Shown here piece after piece: positions 34,900-48,931 of a stretch of DNA of 64,000 nucleotides; position 1 is the stretch's first letter; each line of letters starts with the position of its first letter. The translations under genes were made by a program, and so were the position numbers. The DNA lies in assembly GCF_004010195.1 (NCBI RefSeq), contig NC_057719.1, forward strand, positions 78,152,359 through 78,216,358, in the 5' to 3' direction. Origin of the DNA: Chiloscyllium plagiosum. Its lineage: Eukaryota. Below the pieces are notes generated by a model. That model searched no databases, was not told the origin of the DNA, and was given only the letters and a program-made list of their open reading frames with translations.

Positions 34900-37125
34900 T
34901 CTCTTTACATTTTCCCCTAAGTTCCTACTCAGTGCCCCTTTTTTTCTTAATGTTTAACCTCTGAAAATTGTCCTGGAGGTGAAGAGATAAAAACTTCTCT
35001 GATACTTCTAAAGCAGGAATTTCTCTTTCTGTAGATAGTGCTTCCATTTGCTGAGATGTGAGGTAGCTGAGATGTATGCAACAACGTTTAGGAAGTTCAT
35101 GAGAAAGTCTGACTGTATCATTGTGGACAACAGAATAAACTGTTCAACCAACACAAAACTCTTGTGTGACACTCTGATGCGCAGCATTATTCGAAAGGTA
35201 CCACTTTGGTGGTGGTCTCTGTGATCAATAATGGATCAAACACCTTCTCTCCAGTGTTCGTTTTTCAAAGAGTTGGTCACCGCTCATTAACTATAAATTT
35301 TCTGTCGGCAAGGTTGTCACTGTGATCTTGGAGTTCTGAACATTTCTGTAACGGAGAGTCTTTAAACTCCATTGAAGTATTTCTCCATTGTGTCAGTTGG
35401 CTGTGAACACGAGCTCTCTGAATGCAAGAGTTTTACAAAGCTCTTGTTGTCAGCCTGCATGCCTTAGTGCACTATTCACTGCCAAAAGTTGGACTATTAG
35501 TTCAGTCATCTAATCAAGATAGTTAGACTGCCCCAATTTTTGTCAAGTTTGTACCTAAGTTAAACTTAGAACTTTACTAATGTATTCTGTGTCTCCTTTG
35601 AGCTCAATAATCTGTCCTATGGGTGAAAAATCTCTCCAGTGATTCCATGACTTGGTTTCTCTTATAACTTTCTGTTGCTATCTGGGTGCAGATCAGCAAT
35701 TTCTACACATTGAACAAAAACAAGATTCACATTGGTCTCAAGGGACCTCCGTTTCCCTGGATATACTCTTACTAGTGACTTAAATTGTTGCATTTATTCT
35801 TGATGGCCCTTTTCTGAGATTGAAGATTTTCTCGAAACATGTCAAGCTCACATTGATTTTCTCTGTGGATAATAGCAGCAATTTGTTGCATATTATTGGT
35901 TTCTTACTGTGTGGGGGTGGTGCCATCCACTCTGATTAAATCTTCAAGGATCTTGAATTTGTTGGAAAGCTCAAAGGTCTTTTTCTTGCATGACTGAAGT
36001 TATCTTTCCGATTCCATATTTCTTGAAATCTCAGATTGTGTGGTCAATCTACGGAGTCTTGAAATTTTTTGAAGCTCCTTTTTATCTTCATTGATGGGAC
36101 GTGGGGCTTTGCTTGCTGGGTCATGCATTTTTTGCTCATCTCTAATTATCCTTGAGAAGGTTAGTGGTGAGCTGTGTCTTGAACCACAACTCATGTAGTG
36201 TAGGTCAAACCACAATGCTGTTAAGGAAGGAGTTCTCGGGATGTTGACTCAGTGACACAGAAGGAATGGCAATATATTTCCAACTCAGGATGGGGAGTGG
36301 CTTGGAAGGTAAGTTGCAGTTGGTAATGTTCCTTGTATCCGCTGCCCTTGTCCTTCAAGTTGGTAGTAGGCTTGGGTTTGAAAGCTGCTGATTAAAGAGC
36401 CTTGTTGAATTCATGCAGTACAATTTGAAGATGGTACATACCATTGCAATGGTGGAGGGGCTGGATGTTTGTGAATGTGGTGCCTATCAAGCGGGCTGCT
36501 TTGTCTTGAAAGGTGTCAAGCTGCTTGAGTGCTGTTGGAGCTGCACCCATCCAGGCATGTGGGGAGTATTCCATTACACTACTCTCTTGTAAATGCTAGA
36601 GAAGCTTTGAGGCGACAGGAGGTGAATTAGTCACTGCAGAATTCCTAGCCTCTGACCTACTCTTGGAGCCATTTTATTACATTCTTAGTCCTTGAGTTTC
36701 TGGTCAATGATAACTCCCAGAATGTCAGTAGTGGGTGATTCTATAAACAGAGGCAATTGTTACATTCTCTTTTGTTTGAGATAGTCATTGCTTGGTACTT
36801 ATGTGGCACAAATGTTACTTGCTGCTAGTCATTCTTAAGGTCTCTTCTCATGATCATTTATCACTTGATTTGCAAAATAAAGCTGTATTTGTTGCTTGAG
36901 TTGCTTGAATAGCTTAATTCAGTAAAGTTATCTTTGGCTGTCCAATCAAGACTAAAGTGTTTATCTTCCATTTTGCATCAAAGAACCTTACCTTTTTTCA
37001 TATGTTTTCTTGTTTGTTTCTTTCTTGTACCTGCTCTGCTTTGCTCTTTTCTTATTTTTCTGACTTTTACTTGTATTTCATAATATTTTTCACTGTTGTT
37101 GCTCCATTACTTCTTACAACATTTG
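34900..37125 (-). mobile_element. Second, more decayed and internally deleted Ty3/Gypsy relic
   Basis: Gag-like N-terminus LDWTAKDNFTE.KLFKQQIQLYF (about 36950-36870); integrase-tail relics LSVTEMF..TTLP (about 35360-35305) and SYL...NGSTIYRKRN (about 35070-35020); PBS-like TGTTGTAAGAAGT at 37121-37109. Confidence 0.55.
36090..36830 (-). mobile_element. 3' part of an old CR1/L2-group LINE (same family as 61030-63110) inserted in the second Gypsy relic
   Basis: ORF 36392-36574 MEYSPHAWMGAAPTALKQLDTFQDKAARLIG; 3' tail shared with the SINE at 21716-22057. Confidence 0.8.
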
Positions 37126-37949
37126 TTTAGACTGTTCCTTTAAGAGATACAGGCCTGCAATAGTGATGGGAGTAATTTGTGCTAAAGTTGTAAATCAGCA
37201 ATTTCACATTGCAATTATATATGCTCAGTAATGTCACTGCAAGAAGAGACATTTATGAGCTTTCACAAGGCTAATGCCACTGACTCATGACGTATCTACT
37301 TTACTCCGCAAATTGTTGGCCTTATTGTGGATCAATATTGCCAAGTTCTGTTAATGAGTTATCTCAATGATACAAACAATTTTGACACATCATGCTTACA
37401 GGTTAGATTACTATCAATTTCATTAACAAATTAACAAACACAGGAGGAATAGCATTAAGATTTGGCAGAATTGAAATCAGGTAAATATAATAGAGCATAA
37501 GGCAATAATCTCACGCCCACAAAGATGGAAATCTATTAAAGGATCAGTTTTATATTTTGTATTTTGTATTTAAGTTCCAGCATTGTGGTTAGGTAGGTCA
37601 TTGTTCCAAGTTTCAGCAGAGCTTCCAAGATGATCAGGGAGAAATCTTGACTTCAGCTCAAATTCTCTATTATGAAAGTCCAACAAGATTTTAATAAGAT
37701 TGTTCACAATGGCTGCTCTTAATGGCACTTATAGATCAGCAATTTTTTAAAATTCACATTTATTGTTTTCTTCCGACAGACGCTATTAATTTCTTAATGC
37801 ACTCAGTGGCAGAGGTTCCACTTTGAGTTGGGAACACATAGAACAAGATTTCTGTGATTTCATTCAGGCTGCACATAGTCTTAACCTAACTGCTGGTTGA
37901 CACATCCACATTTTCCACTGTGCAACCACTCAGAAAGTAGGACTTAAGA

Positions 37950-40500
37950 GACATAGAATCACAGAGATATACAGCACAGAAACAGACCCTTCAGTCCAAC
38001 CCATCCATGTCGATCAGATATCCCGACCCAATCTAGTCCCAACTGCCAGCACCCAGCCCATAGCCCTCCAAACCCTTCCTATTCATATACCAATCCAGAT
38101 GCCTTTTAAATGCTGTAATTGTACCAGCCTCCACCACTTCCTCTGGCAGCTCATTCTACACACACATCACCCTCTGCGTGAAAAAGTTGCCCCTTAGGTC
38201 TCTTTTATGTCTTTCCCCTCTCACCCTAAATCTATGCCCTCTAGTTCTGGACTCACCCAACCCAGGGAAAAGACCTTGTCTCTTTATGCTATCCATGCCC
38301 CTAATGATTTTATAAACCGGCATAACCAATGTCCTGTACAGCTGCAACATGTCTTCCCAATCCCTGTACTCAATACTCTGACCAATAAAGGAAAGCATAA
38401 CAAACGCCTTCTTCACTATCCTATCGACCTGCGACCGAACTTTCAAGGAGCAATGAACCTGTACTCCAAGATCTCTTTGTTAAGCAAAACTCCCTAGGAC
38501 CTTACCATTAAGTGTATAAGTCCTGCTATGATTTGCTTTCCCAAAACGCAGCACCTCGCATTTATCTGAATCAAACTCCATCTGCCATTCCTCAGCCCAT
38601 TGGCTTATCTGATCAAGATCCTGTTGTAATCTGAGGAAACCATCTTTGCTGTCCCTACACTTCCAATTTTGGTGTCATCTGCAAACTTACTAACTGTACC
38701 TCTTATGCTCACATCCAAATCATTTATGTAAATGATGAAAAGTAGTGGACCCAGCACCAATCCTTGTGGCACTCCACTGGTCACAGGCCTCCAGTCTGAA
38801 AAACAACCCTCCACCACCACCCTCTGTTTCCTACCTTTGAGCCAATTCTGTACCTAAATGGCTAGTTCTCCCTATATTCTGTGAGATCTAACCTTGCTAA
38901 CAGTTTCCTATGGGGAACCTTGTCGAATGTCTTACTGAAGTCTATATAGATCACGTCGACCACTCTGTCCTCATCAACCCTCTTTGATTTCCCACGCACA
39001 AAACCATGTTGAGAATCCCTAATCAGTCCTTGCCTTTCCAAATATATGTACATTCTGTCACTCAGGATTCCCTCCAACAAACTGCCCACCACCAACGTCA
39101 GGCTCACCGATCAATAGTTTCCTGGCTTGTCCTTACCATCTTTCTTAAATAGTGGCACCACGTTTGCCAACCTCCAGTCTTCCGGAACCTCACCTGTGAC
39201 TATCAATGATACAAATATCTCAGCAAGAGGCCCAGCAATCACTTCTCTAGCTTTCCACAGAGTTCTAGGTGTACACCTGATCATGTCTTGGGGATTTATC
39301 CACTTTTATGTGTTTCAAGACATCCATCCCTTCCTCCTTTGTAATATGGACATTTTTAAAGATGTCACTATCTATGTCCCTACATTCTATACCTTCCATG
39401 TCCTTTTCCACAGTAAACACTGATGCAAAATACTCGTTTAATATCTCCCCATCTTCTCCAGCTCCGTACAAAAGCTGCCTTGCTGATCTTTGAGGGGCCC
39501 TATTCTCTCCCTAGTTAGTCGTTTGTCATTAAAGTATTTGTAAAAGCACTTTGGATTCTCCTTTACACTATTTGCCAAAGCTAACTCATGTCTCCTTTTT
39601 GCCCTCCTGATTTCCTTCTTACTCCTTTCTACTCTTCTAAGGATTCACTCGATCTATGTTGTCTATACATGACATATGCTTTCTTCTTTTTCTTAACCAA
39701 ACCCCCAATTTCTTTAGTCATACAGCATAACCTTTCACACTAACAGGAATATGCTGTCTCTGGATTCTTGTTATCTCATTTCTGAAGGCTTCCAATTTTC
39801 CAGCCGTCCCTTTACCTGCGAACATCTGCCCTCAGTCAGCTTTTGAACGTTCTTGCTTAATACCGTCAAAATTAGCCTTCCTCCAATTTAGAACTTCAAC
39901 TTTTAGATCTGGTCTATCCTTTTCCATCACTAGTTTGAATCAAATAGAATTATGGTCACTGGTTCCAAAGTGCTCCCTCATTGACACCTCAGTCACCTGC
40001 CCTGCCTTAGTTTCCAAGATCTCTGGATTCTTGTTATCTCATTTCTGAAGGCTTCCAATTTTCCAGCCGTCCCTTTACCTGCGAACATCTGCCCTCAGTC
40101 AGCTTTTGAACGTTCTTGCTTAATACCGTCAAAATTAGCTTTCCTCCAATTTAGAACTTCAACTTTTAGATCTGGTCTATCCTTTTCCATCACTAGTTTG
40201 AATCAAATAGAATTATGGTCACTGGTTCCAAAGTGCTCCCTCACTGACACCTCAGTCACCTGCCCTGCCTTAGTTTCCAAGAGTAGGTCAAGTTTTGCAC
40301 CTTCTCCAGTAGGTACATCCGCATACTGAATCAGAAAACTTTCTTGTACACACTGAACAAATTCCTCTCCATCTAAACCCTCAACACTATGGCAGTCCCA
40401 ATTTATGTTTGGAAAGTTAAAATCCTCAACCTTACCCACCCTATTATTCTTACAGATAACTGAAATCTCCTTACAAATTTGTTTCTCAATTTCCCGCTGA
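37950..40500 (-). mobile_element. CR1/HER1 LINE (endonuclease C-half, RT, 3' end) with an internal tandem duplication
   Basis: ORFs 40203-40595 (DFNFPNINW, SDHNSI), 38605-38820 (SGVPQG, KFADDTK) and 38156-38446. Confidence 0.95.
39757..40282. repeat. 263-bp tandem duplication
   Basis: tctctggattcttgttatctc starts at 39757 and again at 40020; two substitutions seen between the copies. Confidence 0.9.
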
Positions 40501-40544
40501 CTTGTTCTTTTATTGAGAAGTGCAGTTGAAAGATGGGCAGCAGC

Positions 40545-41110
40545 GAGAATCATCCAGCATGGAAACAAACCCTTCAGTCCAAACAGTCCAACCATAATCC
40601 CAAACTAAATGAGTCCCATCTGCCTGCACTTGGCCCATTTCCTTCCAAACATTTCTTAATGATGTACTTATCTAAACATTGTAACTGTACCCACATCCAC
40701 TATTTCCTCTGGAAGTTCATTCCACACATGAACCACTCACTGTATAAACAAAATTGCCCCCCATTTTTTTTTCATCTTTCTCCTCTCAACTTAAAAAATA
40801 TGTCACCTATTCTTGAAATCCCCCTCCCTAGGGAAAAAGAATCCTGCCATTCACTTTATCAATATCCCTCATTATTTTACAAACCTCTGTAAGGTCACCT
40901 CTCAACCCCCTGCAGTTTCCAGTGAAACAAGTCCCAGCCTATCCACCCTCTCCTTATAACTCAAACCCTCCATTCCCAGCAACATCCTGGTAACTTGTTT
41001 CTGAACCCCTTCCAGCTTAATAAAATGTCCTCCCCATAACTGGGAAACCAGAACTCGACACAGTACTGGAGAAGAGGCCTCACCAATGTCATATACAACC
41101 TCAACATAAT
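40545..41110 (-). mobile_element. CR1 3' end (different subfamily)
   Basis: IKLEGVQKQVTRMLLGMEGLSYKER; typical 3' UTR. Confidence 0.85.
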
Positions 41111-41129
41111 TTCTATCACAACTATTGCT

Positions 41130-41510
41130 TATGATTCTTTTCACCAATTGGATTCCACCAGGGCCACTCAGCTCCCAGTGTCATTATAACCTTGGTTTAA
41201 CATGGACAAGAGAGCAGAATTCTCGATGTCAGGTAAGAGCAATTGTGCTTGACATTAAGGCAGCAATTGACTGATGGTGGCATTGAAGAGTCCTGTTTAA
41301 ATGGGTGTTGGTGGAAGGCAGGAGTGTTACGCTTTCTACAGTTATATCTAATATAAAGGAAGATGGCTTTTGGAGATGAATCATCCCTGGCCCAAAACAT
41401 TGCTGCATGAATTTCTCAAGGTTCTGTACTAGGTGGCTTCCCACCACCATGAGGTTACAAATGGATACATTTGCCAGTGTTTGTATAATGTCAAGCTCAA
41501 AGCACTTTTC
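41130..41510 (+). mobile_element. Old LINE RT fragment (family of 61030-63110), resumes at about 42410-42570
   Basis: ggattccaccagggccactcagctcc and cttgacattaaggcagca match 61820-61930. Confidence 0.65.
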
Positions 41511-41514
41511 CTCA

Positions 41515-42402
41515 GATGAGTGTTACAGCCAAGTGTGCAGAGGACTGTGAAACTTTGCCAAGGGACATATTTTAAGTGAGTGGGCAAAGGTCTGGCAGAT
41601 GGGTTCCTATGTTAATAAATGTGAAGTAATCCATTTTGGTAGAAGTAACAGTAAAAAAGACTGTTACTTGAATGATGAAAAATTGCAGCATACAGAGACC
41701 TGGGTGTCCTTGTGCATGAATCATGGAAGGTTGGTCTGCAGGTGCAACACCTAATTAAGAAGGCAAATGGAATTTTGTCCTTCATTGCTAAAGGGATTGA
41801 GTTAAAAGCAGGGAGGTTATGTTACAGCTGTACAAAGTGCTGGTGAGGCCACACCTGGAGTACTGCATTCAGTTTTCGTCTCCTTAATTGAGAAAGGATG
41901 TACTGGCACTTGAGGGGGGGGCAGAAGAGGTTCACTAGGTTGATTCTGAAGGTGAGGGGGTTCACTTATGAGAAGAGACTGAGTAGATTGGGATTATATT
42001 CATTGGAATTTAGAAGAAGGATGGGGAATCTTATAGAAACATATACAATTATAAAGGGAATAGATAAGATAGAAGTAGAGAGGATGTTTCCACTGGCAGG
42101 TGTAACTAGGACAATTGGGCATAGCCTCAAAATTAGGGAGAGCAGATTTAACTTCTTCACCCAGAGGGCTGTGAATCTATGGAATTCCCTGCCCAGTGAA
42201 GTGATTGAGGCTTCCTCAGTAAATGTTTTTAATGCTAAGATAGATAATTTTTTGAAGAGAAAAGGGATTAAGAGTTACAGTGAGAGGGTGGGTAGGTGGA
42301 GCTGAGGCCATGAAAACATCAGCCATGATTTTATTGAATGGCAGAGAAGGCTCGAGGGGATGATGGCATACTCCTGCTCCAAGTTCTTGTGTTCTTATGT
42401 TA
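41515..42402 (+). mobile_element. CR1 3' fragment (subfamily with a ttcttatgtt tail)
   Basis: WAKVWQM, LVRPHLEYCIQF, ORF 41898-42305 (LGLYSLEFRR, FFTQRAVNLWNSLP). Confidence 0.9.
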
Positions 42403-43698
42403 CTTATGCCTCTGCATGCTGTATCCCCATGTAGCAAAGTTTGGACAACATTCAAGCTTCTGCTGGTAAGTTACAAGTGACATTTGCACCACGAAAGTGC
42501 CAGGCAATGACCATCTACAATGAAATAGAATCTAAACAGCTCCCCTAGATGTTCAACTGTATTAACCACTGGAGCAGAGGAGGGTTTGGAGTCCCAGGCA
42601 GAGGGGAACAGGTCAGGGTCTGTGAAGCGTAAGTGATCTGGGAGTCATGTAGTTGTGTGTGTAAGAGGAAAATATGGGGTCAGTTGAACAGGTTTTTAGG
42701 AGTTAGACTATGTATTTAGTATTTTAACCTTTCCTGAACAACTATTTTACATAATTCCATTGGAACCCTCCAAATTCTTCCATTTAATTGGAGACATTTG
42801 GAGGATTTCAGTTGTAGAAGAATTGCCCAGAGGAATCTTCGATTTTCAGGGCAATTCCTTCAGAGTCTGTTCCAACAAGGATTCTGCACAGACCCCACAT
42901 ACACACCCCTATGAAGCTGGAATAATAACTGGTGAACATAAACGTCAGCACATTATGCTCAAGTTCTGATATAGCCAGTAGTGTGTTTTGTTTCGTAACA
43001 GACTTAAAATTTAAAGATCTGTTGACAATACTTACTTTTAACTAACATAAAACTATTAATTTGGCACTAAACAGTCAATGAAGATGAAAAATTGGTGAAC
43101 GAGTGCAATTTGTAATATGAAAATATAAAGGTTCAAAGAAAAAATGGATTTCACTCTGCGTAGACTCACCTTAAGATGAAGAACAATGTTTGGCCAATAG
43201 TAGTTCATCTTCATGGTGTGGTTGTTCCTGAACGCGAGAAAAAGAAAAGGGTAAAGCGTAGAATGATCTCATGTATGTCATTCTAAAGGTCTTGCTCATG
43301 TAGCCAAGTCACTAATCTTGGTAGTTTCAGGGGTCTTGGCTGAAACAACTTGCTCAAGAAATACAATTGAAAAGCCCTTTCAGTTGTTCTTCCAGAGGAA
43401 CCCTCAGGTTTCACGCTGAGCTCGCAGCAGAGTGTTGTGTGTGTCTTCTGGTTATTACCATGAGTCTCCATTATTGACAGGGCAGAGCCGCATGACATCA
43501 TCTTCTTCACCTCTAAGGAAGACAACAGAGATATGTCAGAGGAAAGAGCGGTAAGGCTACCTCTGGCACGTCTAACTGGCTCAGATAATAATATCTAAGT
43601 AGGTGCCTCAGATTAGAACACATACACAGAACAGTACAGCACAGTACAGGCCCTTTGGCTCTCGATGTTGTTTTTATCCTATAACTAAGATCAGAATA

Positions 43699-43888
43699 AC
43701 AGTCCAAAGATGTGCAGGTTAGGTGAATTGGCCATGCTAAATTGCCCGTAGTGTTATGTGCATTAGTCAGGTGTAAAAAACAATGTAGGGTAGGGGAATG
43801 GGTCTAGGTGGGTTGCTCTTCGGAGGGTCATTGTGGACTTGTTGGGCCGAAGGGCCTGTTTCCACACTGTAGGGAATCTAATCTAATT
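43699..43888 (+). mobile_element. HE1-like SINE 3' half inserted in the CR1 3' end
   Basis: acagtccaaagatgtgcagg...gggaatctaatctaa. Confidence 0.88.
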
Positions 43889-44605
43889 ACAGCTTTACCT
43901 ACATACCCTTCATTGTACTATTATCCACGTGCCTATCCGAGAATCGCTTAAATGTCCCTAATGTGTCTAACTCTACTACTACTGCCGGAAGTGCATTTCA
44001 CACACTCACCACTCTCTGTGTAAAGCACCAACCTCTGACATCTCCCCTAAACCTTCCTCCAATTACCTTAAAATTATGTCCCCTCATGATAGACATTTCT
44101 GCCCTGGGAAAAGATATCTGGCTATCTACTCTATCTCGGCTTCTCATCATCTTATACACCCCTATCATACTTCTTCGCTCCAATGAGAAGTCCTAGCTCC
44201 TTCAACCTTTCTTCATAAGACATGCACTCCAGTTCAGGCAGCATCCTGGTAAATCTCCTTTGCACCCTCTCTAAAGCTTCCACATCTTTCCGGTAATGAG
44301 GCAACCAGAACTGAACACAATAGTCCAAGGGCGGTCTAATCACGACTCTAGAGCTGCGGCATAACCTCGCAGCTCTCAACCCCCTGCTAATGAAAGCAAA
44401 CACACTGCATGCCTTCTTAACAATGCTATCAACTTGGATGGCAACTCTGAGGGATCTATAGACACAGACCCCAAGATCCCCTTGTTCCTCCATACTGCCA
44501 AGAATCCTGCCTTTAACCCTGTAATCTGCATTCACATTCGACCATCCAAAGTGAATGACTTGACACTTCATCTGCCACTTATCAGCCCAGCTCTGCATCC
44601 TGTCA

Positions 44606-44724
44606 GATCCTGCATTCTCTGCATCAAGCCCTTCATTCCTGATGATGGACATTTGCCCGAAATGTTGATTTTCCTGCTCCTCGGATGCTGCCTGACCTAC
44701 TGTGCTTTTCCAGCATCACTCTAA
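44606..44724 (+). mobile_element. Penelope terminal fragment with a degenerate hammerhead; 14-bp TSD
   Basis: ttcctgatgatggacatttgcccgaaatgtt; tctgcatcctgtca at 44592-44605 and 44725-44738. Confidence 0.8.
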
Positions 44725-47700
44725 TCTGCATCCTGTCAATATCTCATTGCAACCTACAGCACCCCTCCACATTATCCGTAACTCCACCAAACTTCATGTA
44801 ATTGACAAGCTTACTAACCACCCTTCCACTTCCTTATCCAAGTCATTTATAAAACTCACAAAGAGCAGAGGTCCCAGAACCGGTCCCTGCGGAACACCAC
44901 TGGTCACGGAGCTCCAGGCTGAATACTTTCCATCTACTACCACCCTCTGTCTTCTATGGGCCAGCCAATTCTGTATCCACATAACCAAATTTCCCTGTAT
45001 CCCACACCTCCTTACTTTCTGAATGAGCTTATCATGGGGTACTTTATCAAGAGCCTTGCTAAAATCCATGCACACTACTTCCACTGATTTACCTTCATCA
45101 AGGTGTTTTTCACATCCTCAAAGAAGGCTCGTTAGGCATGACCTGCCCCTCACAAAGCCATGCTGACTATGTCTAATAAAACTATGGTTTTACAAGTAAT
45201 CATAAATCCTGTCTCTCAGAGTTCTGTCCAATACTTTGCCCACCACTGATGCAGGGCTAATTGGTGTGTAATCCCCAAGATTATCCCTATTCCCTTCCTG
45301 AATAAGGGAATAACATTTGCCACCTCCAATCGTCTGGTACTCATCAGTGGGTGTGCAAAGATCATCGCCAAAGGCACAACAATCTTTTCCCTCGCTTCCC
45401 ATAGTAATGTCCCATTTGGTCCAGGGGATATTTTTCAAAATTTCCAGCACATCCTTCTTCTTAAAATCAATCTGTTCTGGCATATCAATCTGTTTCATGC
45501 TGTCCTCACTGACATCAGGGTCCCTGTCAGTAGTGACGACTGAAGCAAAGTATTTATTAAGGAATCCCCCACCTCCTCCAACTCCAGACACAAGTTCCCT
45601 CCACTATCCCTGATTAACCACACCCACACTCTGGCCATCCTCTTTTTCCTCACATAAGTGTGGAACACCTTGGGGTTTTCCTTAATCCAACCCACTAAGG
45701 TTTTTTTATGCACCTCCTAGCTCTCCCAAGTCCATTCTTTAGTTCCTTACTGGCTATGTTGTAACCTCTACAACCCTGTCTGATCCTTGCTTCTCCAAAC
45801 TTAAGTAAGCTTTCTTCTTCCTCTAAACTGGATGTTCCACATCCCTTGTCATCCAAGGTTCCTTCACCCCACCATTCCTTCCTTATCTCAGAGGGGCAAA
45901 CCTATCTAACACTTGCAGCAAGTATTCATTAAATAACCTCCACATTTCTGTTGGGCATTTCCCTGAGAACATCTGTTCCCAATTTATGCTCCACAGTTCC
46001 TGCTTAATAGCATTGTAATTCCCCCTCCCTACAATTAAATACTTTCCCATATCATCTGCTCCTATCCCTCTGCATGACTATAGCAAAGGTCAGGGAGTTG
46101 TGATCACTGTCGCTGAAATGCTCTCCCACAGAGATCTGACACTTGCCCTGGTTCGTTGCCAAGCACAAAATCCAATATGGCCTCCCCTCTAGTTGGCTTA
46201 CCTACATATTGAGTCAGGAATCCTTCCTGGATACACCTAATAAAATCTGCTCCACCCAAACTTTTTGCATTAAGGAAGTTCCGATCAATATGAGGGAAGT
46301 TGAAGTCACCCATGACAACAACCATGTTACTTCTGCACCTTTCCAAAATCTGCCTCCCAATCTGCTCCTCTGTGTCTCTGTTGCTACTGGGGGAGTCTAT
46401 AGCAAACTCGAACTAAAGTGACGACTCCTTTCCTGTTTCGGACTTCCACTTATACTGACTGTGTAAATAGACTCTCCTCAACCACCTCTATTTCTGCAGC
46501 TGTCATACTATCCCTGATTTGCAATGTCACTCTTCCACCTCCTATATCTCCCCCTCCCCATTCCTTTTGAAACATTGTACCCCATTCCTGATATCTAAAT
46601 TTCCTTAATGGCAATAACATCATAGTTCCAAGTACTGCTCCATGCTCGAAGTTCGTCATCCTTATTCCTGACACTTGTTGCATTAAAATAGACACACTTC
46701 AACCCATCCCACTGACTGCAACTTTGCCCTATCAATGGTCTATTGTTCCTCACAGTCTCTCTGCACGCTGTATCTGCCTGTCCACCAGCCACCCCATCCT
46801 TTGATCCGTAGCTCCAGTTCCCAGCCCCTGTCAAACTTGTTTAAACGCCCCCCCCCCCTCAAAGAGCTCGAGCAAACCTCCCACCCAGGATATTGGTGCC
46901 CCTCCAGTTCAGGTGTAACTGTTTTTCTTGTACAGGTCCCACCTTCCCCAGAAGGTATCCCAATGATCCACATATCTGAAGCCCTCCCTCCTACACCAGC
47001 CCTGCAGCTACGTGTTCAACTGTACTCACTCTCTGTCACTAGCCTCCCTAGCCAATGGCACCAGTAGCAATCCTGAGATTACTACTCTGCTCGTCCTACC
47101 TTTTAGCTTCCACCTAACTCCCTACATGCACTTTTCAGGTCCTTATCCCTTTTCCTAGCTCTGGTACCAATGTGCACACAACTTCTGGCTGCTCACCCTC
47201 CCTCTTCAGAATCCTATAGACTAGATCAGAGACATCCCAGACCCAGGCACGCGGGAGGCAACACACCATCATTTGCAACCACAGGATCTCCTGTCTGTTC
47301 CTCTAACCATTGACTCTCCTATCAATATCGTTCTCCTATTCTCCTTCCTTCCCGTCTGAGCCCACAGAGCCAGGCTCAGTGCCAGAGACCTAGCCAATGT
47401 GGCTTTCCCCATGTAGGTCATCCCCCTCACCAGTGTCCAAAGCGATACATTTATTATTGAGAGGAATGGCCACAAGGGATCCCTGCACTGACTGTCTATT
47501 TTCTTTCCCTCTGCTGACCGTGACCCTGTTGCATTTATCCTGTAACTGAGGTGTGATGACCTCCCTATAACTCATCTCTATCATCCCATCAACCTCCCGA
47601 ATGTTCATCCAGCTCCAGCTCCCTAATGCAGTCTGTGAGGAGCTGGGAGTTGGGTGCACTTCTCGCAGACCAAGTCAGCAGGTGACCCTTACCTCCCACA

Positions 47701-48298
47701 GTCTTCAAGAGGAGCATGCAACTGCCCGAGCTTCCATCCCCTCTGCCCTAAATTGCCAAAAGAAATAAAAAAACCTGACCAACGCTCCACGCAGAGTCTT
47801 TTATTTGTTAAGAGAAGGAGTTTGTTGGGAGACACTACACGAGCAGTGTTTCGGGTTTAGCTGCTGCCCAAATATATTAGTTCACTCACCCAACAGTCCC
47901 CTTGTCCGCTCCTGTTCAGCTTTGCTCTGCCAATTCATGAGGTAAGTATTTTATATTTAAATTTACCTTCCCGGCTGACCCCTGGCTCGCGCTCTCTTGA
48001 CTCCCACTGCTGAAAAGATGGAGTCATTATTGCCTGCTGGTGAAGAGTAGCATCTCTGAAAGGCCTGTGCCCTCTCCGTAGGGATGACCCTGATCTTTTC
48101 GTTGCTTGCCATTTCAATAAACCACCTTGCTCTCATGCTAACACTTCTGCCTTGGGCCTGTTGTAATGTTCCATCAAAGCACAACACAGGCTAATTTTCC
48201 ACTTAAGCACTTTACCACCTCTAGGACTCAATATTGAATTCCATAACTTCAGAAACTGACCATATGACGCCCATTTTTCTTACATTTCATCCACCATC

Positions 48299-48652
48299 GC
48301 AGCACAGTGGCTCAGTGGTTAACACTGCTGCCTCACAGTGCCAGGGACCCAGGTTTGATTCCACCTTCGAATGCTCTCTGTGTGGAGTTTCTGCGTGCAG
48401 TCTCCCCGTGTCTGCGTGGGTTTCCTCTAGGTGCTCTGGTTTCTTCCCACAGTCCAAAGATGTGCAGGTGAGGTAGATTGGCCATGCTGAATTGCCCGTC
48501 GTGTTGAGGGATGTGTAGATTAGATGCCCTCATCGGAGGAAGTGTAGAGTAATAGGGTAGGGGAATGAGTCTGGGTAAGTTACTTTTCGGAGGGTTGGTG
48601 TGGACTTGTTGGGCCAAATGGCCTGTTTTCACACTGTAGGGATTCTATGATT
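48299..48652 (+). mobile_element. HE1-like SINE, full length
   Basis: gcacagtggctcagtggttaacact ... cacactgtagggattctatga. Confidence 0.9.
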
Positions 48653-48931
48653 CACCCATTTTGCTCCTATGCCCCCAATCCTCCACATTCCCCTTCCCCA
48701 GCTTTGTTATGTTTATGTCTTGGTTACTTGCTCTCAGTAGAGAGGACACATTCTCCCCTGTGCACACTTTAATTTACACCCATCTTACATCTTTTTTCTC
48801 CTTAAGTCCTGTTAACTATTCCTTTATCTTTTGCACCAGGCCTCTACAGCATCATGTGCCCCTTTGCCTCTCCTCTATCTCTGTCAAAAGTTCATTAAAA
48901 AAAATTTTCAACCCCTTACAGCTCAGAAGAA

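Larger units (their letters stand above)
43615..47930 (-). mobile_element. Near full-length decayed CR1 LINE (5' UTR, ORF1 with GDSL/SGNH-like motif, ORF2 EN-RT, 3' end)
   Basis: ILIGESMVRGTDRR (47269-47475), LKCVYFNA (46595-46834), GDFNFP (46104-46346), [11 protein letters not shown] (44794-45084), LERVQRRFTRMLP (44152-44652). Confidence 0.92.
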
